Notes under the pieces: model-generated
Told to the model about the DNA's origin: nothing
What the model saw: the letters and a program-made list of their open reading frames with translations, nothing else
Database searches by the model: none
Position numbers and translations under genes: made by a program
Shown here: piece after piece, positions 10,562 to 20,865 of the stretch
Numbering within the stretch: the first letter of the stretch is position 1
How the letters are laid out: each line of letters begins with the position of its first letter
NCBI GenBank assembly: GCA_023129165.1
Contig: JAGMCL010000060.1
Span: 7,776 to 71,775 of the forward strand
Length of the DNA: 64,000 bases
Direction of reading: 5' to 3'
DNA from: a candidate division WOR-3 bacterium
Lineage (GTDB): Bacteria > Hydrothermota > UBA3073

Positions 10562-12028
10562 TTAATGGGGATACTTATGTGTCAAAATGATTTTCTTCGT
10601 ATCATTGAAATCTGCTGTCCTCATTATATAAAAATATATTCCTCCTGATACCTTTTTACCATGCTCATCTCTTCCGTACCAGACAGTCATATGGTGACCA
10701 GGATGTTTTATATCATCGACCAATGTCCTAATTAGTCTCCCATTTATACTATATATTTTAAGACTCACATGAGAAATGACAGGGAGTTGGTAGTAAATGG
10801 TTGTCGAGTGCGAAAAGGGATTCGGTTGGTTTTGTAAAAGTCTAATTGTAGAGAATGTGTACACATCTTGCTCCTCTACTGAGGTTTGAGAATGATATGT
10901 ATAGTAAATTTCGTCCATAGGGTATCCTTCACTCCATACTACATGAATGTTATCATTTGGATCAAGTGTTATGTCAGTATAACTTGATACATTGTCTGGT
11001 GTGTTAGAGATATTGACTTTTTTAGAGATAACATCCCCAATTATGCAACTAAAATATATATCTCTTTGACTCGAACCTGCCCGACCTTCTCCCCAAAAAA
11101 GATAAATACGATTATAGGTATCAATTGCTATACATTGACCACCAACGGAAGTCATTGAACTGTGTGAAATATTAATAGAATTAGACCAAAATGAACCATT
11201 ATAAAAACTGTAGTAAATCTCCTGATCTTGAGGTGCTAATACCTCGGTCCAGGCGACATGAGGATAGCCCAAAGTATCAGCTGCTATTGATACATCACAA
11301 CCATCTTCAGTATCAGGGATTTTAACTGGTTCCGACCATGAAAATCCATCAAACTTGCTATAAAAAATACCGAATCCCTCTATAGCAGGCCTGTCTCTCC
11401 ATACAACATGAATACAATCTTCTAAATCTATAGCCATAGCAGGATTACCCGAGGGCTCTGGATTATGAGATATGTTTATTGTATCAGACCAAAATGCTCT
11501 ATCATAATATCTATAAAAGATCTCACCATAACCAGGAGATGCACCCTCCTGCCATACTATATGAACTATATTTCTTGAATCAATTGCTATGTTCGCATGT
11601 TGAGAAATCCTGTCTGATGAATTTGATAGATTTACTTCCGGTGTCCAGGAACAATTTACCCATTTGCTGTAATAAATGTCTACACTTCCTGCCCAATCAT
11701 CCCATACTACATGAGGATTATTAAAGATATCACAGGCAGCATCAGATATAGAAAGCCAATCAGTTGAATCTCCCGAGACAAGGATAGGATCAGACCATGT
11801 TGTACCGTCGTCACTATAGGAGGAGTATATATTATTTCTATGCCATTCAGTCTGATAGTCATCACTCCAAGCAACATAAATACGATTATATTTATTGACA
11901 GCGATCGCAGGATATCTTGAGCGACCATCGGGTGTGTTGGAGATATTAATCGGCGTTGTCCAGCCGTAAAGTACAGCTGGTAACAAACCAACGCACAAAA
12001 CTAAGCAATACTTACAAAACCTGTTCAT
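10562..12028 (-). CDS. Secreted BNR/sialidase-like beta-propeller with C-terminal sorting domain
   Basis: Repeated NIS...S..P.IA.D....H.VW...IYY...W blades; Asp-box SDDGTTW; QNQPNPF CTD. Confidence 0.75.
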   Translation of the reverse strand: MNRFCKYCLVLCVGLLPAVLYGWTTPINISNTPDGRSRYPAIAVNKYNRIYVAWSDDYQTEWHRNNIYSSYSDDGTTWSDPILVSGDSTDWLSISDAACDIFNNPHVVWDDWAGSVDIYYSKWVNCSWTPEVNLSNSSDRISQHANIAIDSRNIVHIVWQEGASPGYGEIFYRYYDRAFWSDTINISHNPEPSGNPAMAIDLEDCIHVVWRDRPAIEGFGIFYSKFDGFSWSEPVKIPDTEDGCDVSIAADTLGYPHVAWTEVLAPQDQEIYYSFYNGSFWSNSINISHSSMTSVGGQCIAIDTYNRIYLFWGEGRAGSSQRDIYFSCIIGDVISKKVNISNTPDNVSSYTDITLDPNDNIHVVWSEGYPMDEIYYTYHSQTSVEEQDVYTFSTIRLLQNQPNPFSHSTTIYYQLPVISHVSLKIYSINGRLIRTLVDDIKHPGHHMTVWYGRDEHGKKVSGGIYFYIMRTADFNDTKKIILTHKYPH

Positions 12029-12081
12029 GGCTCATTTCAGGTAGATTAGACTTAAATAGTTATCTCTTTTCCCTCAATTAC

Positions 12082-12146
12082 ATTATAGCACCAAAAAGAT
12101 GAAAAATCAAGAAAAATCTTGCATGAGTGTTTGAATTTTTATCAGT
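12082..12146 (-). promoter_or_regulatory. Sigma70-type promoter TTGATT-17-TATAAT (TG-extended); about 65-bp module duplicated at 20913-20978
   Basis: Direct sequence match between the two sites; each lies upstream of a CTD-cargo gene. Confidence 0.6.
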
Positions 12147-12156
12147 GGGGGATCAT

Positions 12157-12418
12157 GGGGTCAGGTCTTTAGTTTTAAGTTTTCAAGTAACCTTATTAAC
12201 TATTCTCTTAAGGCGTTGGGTTTTTACTATATGAATTTCAAAATACTTAACAATAATTGGTATATTGATTTAACCCGAGTTAAACATTTTCGCTATAATC
12301 TGAGAGATAACGTGGTATACCCATCCAGTATATTACTTATTAACACTCTCATTATAGTATCAATATAATATATTTTTTAGAAAAAGTCAAGTAAATTTAA
12401 AACTAAAGACCTGACCCC
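12157..12418 (-). mobile_element. 262-bp RAYT-derived non-autonomous element, copy 2
   Basis: Near-identical to 7987-8248, with the same TIRs. Confidence 0.7.
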
Positions 12419-12476
12419 AATTTCGCAATTTTGCCACGGACAATATGAGGGTGTAGGAACTCGAATTTTTAATAAA

Positions 12477-13583
12477 CTATCTCACCTTTAACAGCTTCTT
12501 GGTTGCAGTATATTCTCCAGCATCAAACTTAAGAAAATATACCCCTGATGGAAGTAATGAATTATCCCATAAAACCCTATATTCACCAGCATCCATCACA
12601 TTGTCAATAATCGTCTGTATTAGTCTTCCGCTCACACCATATATACCAAGACTTACTTCTGTCTTCTTTGAGAGCGTAAACCTAATATTCGCATCTGAGG
12701 TAAGCGGGTTGGGATATACCTCGTATAGTGATATCATAAATCCAGCTTCGGCATCTTCTATACCAGTTGATGGAACATACTTGACTGTGAAGTAGTCATA
12801 GTCCCCTCCGATCTTAGAAGCTCCTGTGACTATGATGTTGTCTAAACTATCCACAGCCACTGCGTAGGCATTATCCCGGGCTCCATTATCGATTGTGTCA
12901 GCCCACAGGATGACACCTGATGGATCATACTTGACCGTGAAGTAGTCATAGTACGCTCCGATATCAGAAACTCCTGTGACTATGATGTTGTCCGAACCAT
13001 CCACAGCCACACCATAGGCATCATCGCAGGCTCCATTGTCGATTGTGTCAGCCCACAGGATGACACCTGATGGATCATACTTGACCGTGAAGTAGTCATA
13101 GTACGCTCCGATCTCCGAACATCCTATGACTATTATGTTGTCTGAACCATCCACCGCCACACCAAGGGCCCAATCCCAGGGTCCATTGTCGATTGTGTCA
13201 GCCCACAGGATGACACCTGATGGATTATACTTGACCGTGAAGTAGTCATGGTCCCCTCCGATTTCGGAAGATCCTGTGACTATGATGTTGTCTAAACCAT
13301 CCACGACCACACCACGAGGATAATCATCGGGTCCATTGTCAGTTGTGTCAGCCCACAGGATGACACCTGATGGATCATACTTGACCGTGAAGTAGTCATG
13401 GTCCCCTCCAGCAAAGGAATATCCTGTGACTATGATGTTGTCTAAACCATCCACAGCCACACCATAGGCAACATCAATGAATCCATTGTCGATTGTGTCA
13501 GCCCACGAGATGTAATACTGAGCCTCAACAACCGAAGATACTACAAACCCCAAAACCGCAATAGATAAAAAGAAATACTTCAT
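12477..13583 (-). CDS. Secreted beta-propeller (SBBP-like) with five 50-aa near-identical repeats and C-terminal sorting domain
   Basis: Unit WADTIDNG..D.A.GVAVDG.DNIIVTG.S..G..YDYFTVKYDPSGVIL; DNA period 150 bp (12781, 12931, 13081, 13231, 13381). Confidence 0.85.
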   Translation of the reverse strand: MKYFFLSIAVLGFVVSSVVEAQYYISWADTIDNGFIDVAYGVAVDGLDNIIVTGYSFAGGDHDYFTVKYDPSGVILWADTTDNGPDDYPRGVVVDGLDNIIVTGSSEIGGDHDYFTVKYNPSGVILWADTIDNGPWDWALGVAVDGSDNIIVIGCSEIGAYYDYFTVKYDPSGVILWADTIDNGACDDAYGVAVDGSDNIIVTGVSDIGAYYDYFTVKYDPSGVILWADTIDNGARDNAYAVAVDSLDNIIVTGASKIGGDYDYFTVKYVPSTGIEDAEAGFMISLYEVYPNPLTSDANIRFTLSKKTEVSLGIYGVSGRLIQTIIDNVMDAGEYRVLWDNSLLPSGVYFLKFDAGEYTATKKLLKVR

Positions 13584-13760
13584 ATCTTCCACCTCTTTTA
13601 ATAAGAGTTAATAATATGTCAATATAATTGCTAATGATACATGCATGAAGCTTATCCTTGAGGTTCGATTCTGCTGGTGCTGTGGACGCAATACAACATC
13701 TATTGAATTTAAGATAGTTAAAGAGATTGTGAGGGTGTAGGAACTCGAATTTTTAATAAA

Positions 13761-15074
13761 CTATCTTACCTTTAACAGTTTCTTGGTTGTTGTATATTCC
13801 CCGGTATCGAACTTAAGAAAATACACGCCAGCTGGAACAGCAATGTCTGAATCATCTCTCCCATCCCAGACTACTTGATGAAATCCTGAATGCTTGAATG
13901 TATCTAAAAGTACTTTTATTTCTTGACCTAATACATTATAAATCCTGAGAGTGACCTTGCTATCTTTCTTTAAAGTATACTTAATACTTGTCAAAATATT
14001 AAAAGGATTGGGATAGATTTGTAAGATCATATTGTTTAATAATTCCTGTAAACCTACATGGGGAGAATAGCATAATACAACACCTCCACTTCCAGCTACC
14101 CACCCATGGGATGTATCTGTAAAACAAACCTGGTGTAAAGTAGAATTAACAGGACTACTTTCAGTTGTCCAGTGCTCGCCGCCATCTCTTGTTCTTAAAA
14201 TTACACCACCTTCACCAACTATCCAACCATTCAGAGAGTCAACAAAATCAATTCCATTAAGAGTGTTGTTTATACCACTTAATTGGGTTACCCAGGTAGT
14301 GCCGGCATCTTCAGTATGTAAAATCGTTCCAGATTCACCTACAATCCAACCCTTAAGAGAATCAACAAAGAAAATATTTTTTATTGAAATAGAAAAACTA
14401 TCTATTAAATTCAAATTTTCTGGTCCTGTTTGTGTTGAAAAGAGATAACATTGCGAGTCACCCCTAAAGGCGGTTGATAAATACCAACCACATAGTGAAT
14501 CAATAAAGTGAATTTTTTCCCCACACATAGCTTCTGGAATCCACCATGATATTTCACAATTACCTGTAACTATGTTATATATTGATGAGCTTACTTCACA
14601 AAAATAATAAAAACATTGTAAGTAATAACCGCAGGTGGTATTTGGGATTGATATGTCTTTAATCCAGTTATATAAAGGTGGATTATTACTTTTTAACTCT
14701 ATCCATGTACTACCAGCATCTATTGTATGTAATAATAAGACATAAAAATCAAATCCATACTCACTCTTGCTACCACCTGCCCAGCCTTCTGAATTATTTC
14801 TGAAACCAATAGTATATAGTCTTCTTTGTTCGCGACAATACTGTCTTTCCCAGCTATATCCACCATCACTCGTATGTATGATTTTGCCATATTTTTCTAC
14901 CGCCCAACCATTCAGGCTATCTATAAAAAATATGTCTAAAATCGCTTGTCCAATACCAGTTTCCTGAATGAACCACCCTCTTGTATTATCAGTAACCTTT
15001 TTATTATTATCAATTTTCTCAGTTGGCTGAGGAATATTTATCAATGATAGGAAGATAAATATAAAAATGTGCAC
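13761..15074 (-). CDS. Secreted YCF48/BNR-like beta-propeller with C-terminal sorting domain
   Basis: Repeated F.DSL.GW.VGE.G.IL.T.DGG..W blades; GTG start with AGGAG RBS. Confidence 0.8.
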   Translation of the reverse strand: MHIFIFIFLSLINIPQPTEKIDNNKKVTDNTRGWFIQETGIGQAILDIFFIDSLNGWAVEKYGKIIHTSDGGYSWERQYCREQRRLYTIGFRNNSEGWAGGSKSEYGFDFYVLLLHTIDAGSTWIELKSNNPPLYNWIKDISIPNTTCGYYLQCFYYFCEVSSSIYNIVTGNCEISWWIPEAMCGEKIHFIDSLCGWYLSTAFRGDSQCYLFSTQTGPENLNLIDSFSISIKNIFFVDSLKGWIVGESGTILHTEDAGTTWVTQLSGINNTLNGIDFVDSLNGWIVGEGGVILRTRDGGEHWTTESSPVNSTLHQVCFTDTSHGWVAGSGGVVLCYSPHVGLQELLNNMILQIYPNPFNILTSIKYTLKKDSKVTLRIYNVLGQEIKVLLDTFKHSGFHQVVWDGRDDSDIAVPAGVYFLKFDTGEYTTTKKLLKVR

Positions 15075-15106
15075 AGCGACTCCTATGTCAACTTAATTTT
15101 TAAGTT

Positions 15107-17122
15107 TTATTTTACTACCAAAAACTTCCTTGTCCCTGAAAACTCACCTGCGTCCATCTTAAGGAAATAGACACCTGATGCAAGTTTATCTGTGTTTATA
15201 GTGAGATAATGTTTCCCAGCATTAAATCTTTCATCTGCAAGGGTCTTAACAAGTGAGCCTGTTACATCGTATATCTTTATTGATACTTTCTCGTTTTTAA
15301 GTAGTGTGAAGCTTAATGTAGCGGAGTTTGTAAGTGGATTTGGGGTTACGACAGGAGGTTTGAATACAAGTTCCTCAGGTTCTTCCTCCACTTCAAGTTC
15401 AAACCAGGAGGTAAGGTTGTAAATGAATATATCCTGTGCATTTGTATCAGTTATGGCATTAAAGGGGAAGTATAGAAATACCAACCTAAATCCATACTCC
15501 GGGTCTTCATATCTATATCCAATGATATTACCCTCTTCATCAAAAAAGAGCGGTACACACTCATCATCTATTTCAGTGAATATACCTACCCAGGTCGATT
15601 GACCTATTGAATCACAATCAACAGTAACCTCGGAAGGCATACCCGTGGTGAGTATATCTGTGTTTTCTATGGTAACAGTGAATGGAGATTCGAATATGTA
15701 ATCATCGATGCCTTCATATGCCTTGAGATAATACCTTAAAGGATGTGGAGATGGTGGTGCAATCCAGTCGCCATATCCCAGCCCGTATCCACCACCTGGT
15801 ATATCCTGTCCACAGAGGAATAGATGTCCACCGTTATCCATAAAGTCTCTAAAAGCTTGAGTCCAAGACCAACCATATGTATTATAATAACAATAATAAT
15901 AGCGAGCAAAGGTGAGACCAGAGAAAGCTAGCCAGGATATTGCCCTCCCGCCATCTCCATATACGTAGAAGTCTGTTACAGTATTATCTGCAAAACCACA
16001 AATGGTATCACTCCATTGATCCCACTGTAGGTCTGCAAATGCATCATGCCCGTCACCCCAGGGGTAGTAGTCTCCGATGTAAAGAAGACCATTACCATCT
16101 GTACCCTGTCCTACTGTGTATGTAAACTCTTGTGTAGACGCTTCGGCACCACAACCATCAATGCCTTCAACCCAGTAGGTTACCTTAGTTTCTGGTAGTT
16201 GACCGGGTATGATAGCGTGCCACCATCCATATTCCCATCCATGTTCTGGATATAAGACTGAATCATTAATAACATCAATTTCTATTGTGTCAGATTGATT
16301 ATCTATATAATAATACAGGTGTATGTCATCAATTCCAAGAGTAATACGGTCCGGATCAAAGTCTTCTGTGTATATGCTCACAGTTCTACCACCCGTATAA
16401 TACGTACCCAGCAGTTCTTCAGCTTCGATAGCAGGACTGATATTTCCATAGACCTTTACAAGTGCCCTTATCCAGAAGAGATGCCATGAAGAGTACCAGC
16501 CAGGACCATTAGTTTGTGGTCCAGCACCACCCTGTTTCCAGCATATCGCATGATATGGCGGGCTTTCGCCCGCGTGGATTGCTATTGTTTGACATGTGTC
16601 TTCTATCGCGCATGCACCTATAAAGGCATTCGTACCTACATCAGGCATAGTCGGAACAACAAGTGTGTCCCATTCCCGGTCGAACATGGGCTCAATTTCC
16701 AACACAGTATCAGCATAAATTGTATCTATGGGACTTGGTCCAGGCATAGATTCAGAAGAGTGATACTCTTCGTAAATGGACATAGGGTGGGCTGCGCGTG
16801 CAACCATTGCATAGTATTCTCCAGGTCCATTTGTCCATCTATTTCTTAAGAAGTGTATCTCTACAAGTGAACAGGCTGCTGGTGGCTCGAAGTATACACC
16901 AAGGGTATCACCTACTTGGAAAACTATATAGGTGCCGGTTAGTTCTCTGTAATACTCTATGAGCCAATACACAGATGCCTTATCTCTACAAGAGAGTATC
17001 TTACCTGGTTCACCTGGTTTGGAAGGTAGCAGATATACTTCTTGGGATTTTGCATATATGTTTTCTATGGGGATAATCATTGCAAGTAAGATAAGTATTT
17101 TTATGACATTATTTATTTTCAT
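15107..17122 (-). CDS. Secreted hypothetical protein with C-terminal sorting domain (paralogue of 17154-19163)
   Basis: Signal peptide; shared blocks AKSQEVYLLPS, PPYHAICW.Q.GAGP.TNGPGWYSS, SPHPLR; CTD. Confidence 0.75.
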   Translation of the reverse strand: MKINNVIKILILLAMIIPIENIYAKSQEVYLLPSKPGEPGKILSCRDKASVYWLIEYYRELTGTYIVFQVGDTLGVYFEPPAACSLVEIHFLRNRWTNGPGEYYAMVARAAHPMSIYEEYHSSESMPGPSPIDTIYADTVLEIEPMFDREWDTLVVPTMPDVGTNAFIGACAIEDTCQTIAIHAGESPPYHAICWKQGGAGPQTNGPGWYSSWHLFWIRALVKVYGNISPAIEAEELLGTYYTGGRTVSIYTEDFDPDRITLGIDDIHLYYYIDNQSDTIEIDVINDSVLYPEHGWEYGWWHAIIPGQLPETKVTYWVEGIDGCGAEASTQEFTYTVGQGTDGNGLLYIGDYYPWGDGHDAFADLQWDQWSDTICGFADNTVTDFYVYGDGGRAISWLAFSGLTFARYYYCYYNTYGWSWTQAFRDFMDNGGHLFLCGQDIPGGGYGLGYGDWIAPPSPHPLRYYLKAYEGIDDYIFESPFTVTIENTDILTTGMPSEVTVDCDSIGQSTWVGIFTEIDDECVPLFFDEEGNIIGYRYEDPEYGFRLVFLYFPFNAITDTNAQDIFIYNLTSWFELEVEEEPEELVFKPPVVTPNPLTNSATLSFTLLKNEKVSIKIYDVTGSLVKTLADERFNAGKHYLTINTDKLASGVYFLKMDAGEFSGTRKFLVVK

Positions 17123-17153
17123 CTTTTAATCCTCCTGAAAACTTATAAGGATA

Positions 17154-19163
17154 TTATTTTATCACCAAAAACTTCCTTGTTCCTGAAAACTTACCAGCGT
17201 CCATTCTCAGGAAATAGACACCTGATGTTAGTTCATCTGTGTTTATTTTTACGCTATGCTCACCCACATTTAATTTTTTATCAACCAATTTAATTAATAG
17301 GGAGCCTTTAATATCGTAGATATATATTTTTACATACTCAGGTTTTTCAATTGAGAATTTGTATCTTGTATCATTTGACAACGGGTTGGGTTTAACCTTA
17401 GGGAAGTTACATATCTCTATTTCCGAAGTTCTATCAACGCCAACGCAAGTCCAATTATGGAAATTTTCTATTAATATCTCCTGTGCGATTGTATCTGTTA
17501 TAGCATGTAAAGGGAAGTAAAGAAATAGTAACTTGTAGCCACTTGGTGATTCGTATCTATATCCTAAGATTGTGCAATCGGTTGAATAGAATAGTGGCTT
17601 ACACTCTGAATCAAGTTCTGTGAATGTACCAACCCATGTCGGGTATAATGGTGTGCAGTCTACAGTAATCTCATCTGGCATAGCGCAAGTAACATAATCT
17701 GTTACATCAATAAACACATCAAACGGCGATTCAGTAATATAATCATCTATGCCACCGTATGCTTTAAAATAATCTCTGAGTGGGTGTGGAGATTCAGGTG
17801 CTTCCCATTCTCCATATCCGAGATTAAAACCCGAACCTATAAGATCTTGAGATGATATTAATAGATTCCCACCTGAATTCACCAGACATTCAAACAACTG
17901 TGTATTAGTGAAATCAGCCAGACCTTCACCTCCGGGTGAAAGCCAACAGATTTCTCTGAGACCTGGTCCACTTATGTAATAATCTATAACAAAATTATCA
18001 GCAGAGCCATCAAGGTTCTCATTCCATACATTGTAAAAATAAGTGGGGAAAGCATTGTGTACACCTGTTCCAAACCCAAAATATTCGTCCTCTTCAATAT
18101 ATACAAGAGAACGAAGCTGGGTGACCCTCTTTACCATGTAGCAGTAGTAATGTGTTTTATATGTGGGTCTTAGTGCACTTCTATACTTAAGCTTTACCCA
18201 ATAAGTTAATTTTACCTCCGGTCTCTGACCAGGAATAATAGCATGCCACCAGGCATCTTCGGAATATGGATCAGGGTTATAAACAGAATCCTGTATAAGA
18301 GATACTCTAAAAGTATTACATTCATTTATAGAATAATATAGAAATGCCGAATCTGGATAAAATCCTACACCAGCCGAATCTTCATTGTAATCCCAGGAAT
18401 AGATATGAACAGTTCTATCGTGAGTATCGTATGTACCCTTTAATTTCTCAACAGAGACCCCAGTATAGTTCTGACCATAGAATTTAACAAGTGCTCGTAT
18501 CCAGAAGAGATCAGATGAAGAATACCATCCTGGACCATTAGTTTCGGGTCCTGCACCACTTTGCCGCCAGCATATTGCATGATAAGGAGGAAGAACATTT
18601 AAATCTACCTTCGTTGAATAGCAGGTGTCTTCAATTGTATACCCAGCCCAGAATACATTTTGGTCTATATTTGGCTGTCCTGGAATAACGAGAGTATCCC
18701 AGTGTAAACCTACTGTGAAGGGTATCTCCATAGCAGCAGGCCTAAAGTATAAATTACCTATTGGGCTTGGACCAGTTATAGATGTAGAATCACGATACTC
18801 CCCATAAGATTCAGGTGTTACACTATCGGGAACATCAGCAACAATACCATAATATAGGTCGGGTGTATTCCCACACCTTTTATATCTACAGAAATGAACT
18901 TCAATAAGAGAGCAGGGGAAAGGTGGAACAAATAATACCCCGATAGTATCACCAGGAAGGATATCAGTTAGGTAATGACTACTTTCTCCACAATCATACT
19001 GTATTAGCGAATGTGCTGAAAGCATATCTACAGACATCACTTTACTCGGTTCGCCATTTACAGATGGTAATAGATATACCTCTTGTGATTTTGCATAAAT
19101 ATTGCTTACTAAATTGCTACTTACAAGCAACATTACAAAAAATATTTCGATGAGCTTTTTCAT
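17154..19163 (-). CDS. Secreted hypothetical protein with C-terminal sorting domain (tandem paralogue)
   Basis: Colinear similarity with 15107-17122 over the full length. Confidence 0.75.
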   Translation of the reverse strand: MKKLIEIFFVMLLVSSNLVSNIYAKSQEVYLLPSVNGEPSKVMSVDMLSAHSLIQYDCGESSHYLTDILPGDTIGVLFVPPFPCSLIEVHFCRYKRCGNTPDLYYGIVADVPDSVTPESYGEYRDSTSITGPSPIGNLYFRPAAMEIPFTVGLHWDTLVIPGQPNIDQNVFWAGYTIEDTCYSTKVDLNVLPPYHAICWRQSGAGPETNGPGWYSSSDLFWIRALVKFYGQNYTGVSVEKLKGTYDTHDRTVHIYSWDYNEDSAGVGFYPDSAFLYYSINECNTFRVSLIQDSVYNPDPYSEDAWWHAIIPGQRPEVKLTYWVKLKYRSALRPTYKTHYYCYMVKRVTQLRSLVYIEEDEYFGFGTGVHNAFPTYFYNVWNENLDGSADNFVIDYYISGPGLREICWLSPGGEGLADFTNTQLFECLVNSGGNLLISSQDLIGSGFNLGYGEWEAPESPHPLRDYFKAYGGIDDYITESPFDVFIDVTDYVTCAMPDEITVDCTPLYPTWVGTFTELDSECKPLFYSTDCTILGYRYESPSGYKLLFLYFPLHAITDTIAQEILIENFHNWTCVGVDRTSEIEICNFPKVKPNPLSNDTRYKFSIEKPEYVKIYIYDIKGSLLIKLVDKKLNVGEHSVKINTDELTSGVYFLRMDAGKFSGTRKFLVIK

Positions 19164-19447
19164 ATTTTATAAATTTACACTAAGTTTATCTATTTAGAAG
19201 TTTGTTAACTAAGGATGAACAACAGTGAAGGAATAAGAGTTGGAGAACCATAATCCAATTATCTATATGCAGTTTATAATTCTTAGTTCATTGAAGCCAC
19301 TCTTATTTCTGGCTGGAATGCGATGTGGAGTATTACAACTATCGGAGCAATCTCGAGGTATTATTCTATCACTACAATTCAGATGTATGTATATTTATTA
19401 TAATTCAAAATGTGCTAAAAGTCAAGAAAAAAGATAAAAAACTATCT

Positions 19448-19621
19448 GGGGTCAGGCTAAAAGATAAGAGATAACTGCTTGGCATAAAGGGAAAGTTATA
19501 GTAGTTTTGTAATATGCTTAGAAAACTGAGGATAGAATATGAAGGAGTTTTTTTGTTATGTGATATCTCGTGGTAAAAGGAGTGAGTTTATATTCTATCT
19601 CTTATCTCTTAGCCTGACCCC
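19448..19621 (+). mobile_element. 174-bp RAYT-derived miniature element, second family, copy 1
   Basis: TIRs GGGGTCAGGCTAA.AGATAAGAGATA; internal frameshifted remnant MLRKLRIEYEGVF/YVISRGKRSEFIF (Y1 transposase N-terminus). Copy at 25310-25483. Confidence 0.75.
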
Positions 19622-19781
19622 CATTTCCCCTCCCAATTTAACATCCATTTAGTTTGTTGAAGCAAAGCGTAAATCCGTTCACGTCATATTCGGATCCCGC
19701 AGAAGGCGGGACATTTGAAGGAAGGTAGAGAAAGAGATTGTGAGGGTGTAGTATTGCTGAACTTCTTTATCTAAAGGTTTC

Positions 19782-19847
19782 AGGTAACCCTATCGGTGTA
19801 TATGAAGTGCAAAGCATTTTTCATTTTACATATGCACCGTGTTATAT
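19782..19847 (-). other. Putative attC site
   Basis: Minus strand: ATATAAC-ACGGTGCATATG...CATATACACCG-ATAGG-GTTACCT, an imperfect palindrome 44 bp after the stop of the 19892-20668 gene. Confidence 0.55.
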
Positions 19848-19891
19848 GAAGTTCGGCAACATTCCTGTCTTTTTCTGTATTTATCTCCCTG

Positions 19892-20668
19892 TCATCTCAT
19901 TACTATTACTTTCTCTGTTCTACTGAATTTACCAGATTCCAGTCTCACAAAGTAATGACCAGAGGTTACCTTCACTCCAGTATGGTTTGAGCCATCCCAT
20001 CTAATAGTATAATTACCAGGCGTTACCTCTTTGTTCACGAGTTCCTTTATCATCTCTCCAGCAATGTTGTATGTTCGCAAGCAAACTCTTCCCTTTCTTT
20101 TAATGCAATAGTCGATGACCACCCCATAAGAAGCAGTTATAGTTGGCTTAATCTTGAGAATGCAGAACTCAGAGGTAGAGGGTGATATTTCAATACCTTG
20201 CGGAGAAGAGAGCTTGTAAATCTGCCAGTTATATGTCGCATCATACTTATCATACACAATCCAGTTTCCGTCAGGTGACCACTGGGGATTGCAATGGTGA
20301 TAACCATCGTTGGTCAGGGCTATCTCTGTTCCACCTGCTGATGGAACCTTGTAAATCTGGTAGTGGCCTGTCGCATCATTCTTATAATACACAATCCAGC
20401 TTCCGTCAGGTGACCACTGGGGATTGTAATGGTTATAACCATCGTTGGTCAGAGCTATCTCTGTTCCACCTGATGATGGAACCTTGTAAATCTGGTCGTA
20501 GCCTGTCGCATCCAACTTCTGATACACAATCCAGTTTCCGTCAGGTGACCACTGGGGACAGTAATGAGCCCAATCATCGCTGGTCAGGGCTATTTCCTGT
20601 GCCCACAATGTGGACAGTAGAACCATACAAGCGAGAATGGGGTAAAAAATCCTCCTATAGTTAATCAT
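19892..20668 (-). CDS. Secreted TolB/PD40-type repeat protein (three 45-aa blades) with C-terminal FlgD-Ig domain
   Basis: PQWSPDG.WIVY repeats with DNA period 135 bp (20271, 20406, 20541); AGGAGGT RBS. Confidence 0.8.
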   Translation of the reverse strand: MINYRRIFYPILACMVLLSTLWAQEIALTSDDWAHYCPQWSPDGNWIVYQKLDATGYDQIYKVPSSGGTEIALTNDGYNHYNPQWSPDGSWIVYYKNDATGHYQIYKVPSAGGTEIALTNDGYHHCNPQWSPDGNWIVYDKYDATYNWQIYKLSSPQGIEISPSTSEFCILKIKPTITASYGVVIDYCIKRKGRVCLRTYNIAGEMIKELVNKEVTPGNYTIRWDGSNHTGVKVTSGHYFVRLESGKFSRTEKVIVMR

Positions 20669-20717
20669 AACACACCTCCTTTAAAAAGTTGCAGAGAACT
20701 GACACCATTTATGAACT

Positions 20718-20865
20718 TTATTTTTTCTGAATACTATTTACAATCTTCTGTAAGGAAATGAGCATTTTTATCTTTTCTTCAAAAGGTATCTTTGCGAGTT
20801 CTTTATGAAATAGTTCCTTTTTTTTCAAACAATTTCTTTCGTGTTATTATTCTATTATCTTCCAT
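20718..20865 (-). pseudogene. Small helical protein gene frameshifted in an A8 tract
   Basis: MEDNRIITRKKLFEK continues as KELFHKELAKIPFEEKIKMLISLQKIVNSIQKK* only if one A is removed. Confidence 0.45.

Noticed and set aside
12770-13510. CRISPR array or DGR template/variable repeats
   Set aside because: The repeats are in-frame 150-bp coding units without unique spacers, the differences are not confined to adenines, and no reverse transcriptase or cas gene is in the window.
19634-19751. Recurrent motif as a decayed integrase box II (YTLTISFSTFL...TDLRF) or a group II intron end
   Set aside because: The resemblance is short, does not continue into QELLGH and is weak in other copies; no domain V hairpin was recognised. 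Kept only as an unexplained motif.
20182-20664. 160-aa plus-strand repeat ORF and other antisense ORFs inside long genes
   Set aside because: They are shadow frames of well-supported genes on the opposite strand.
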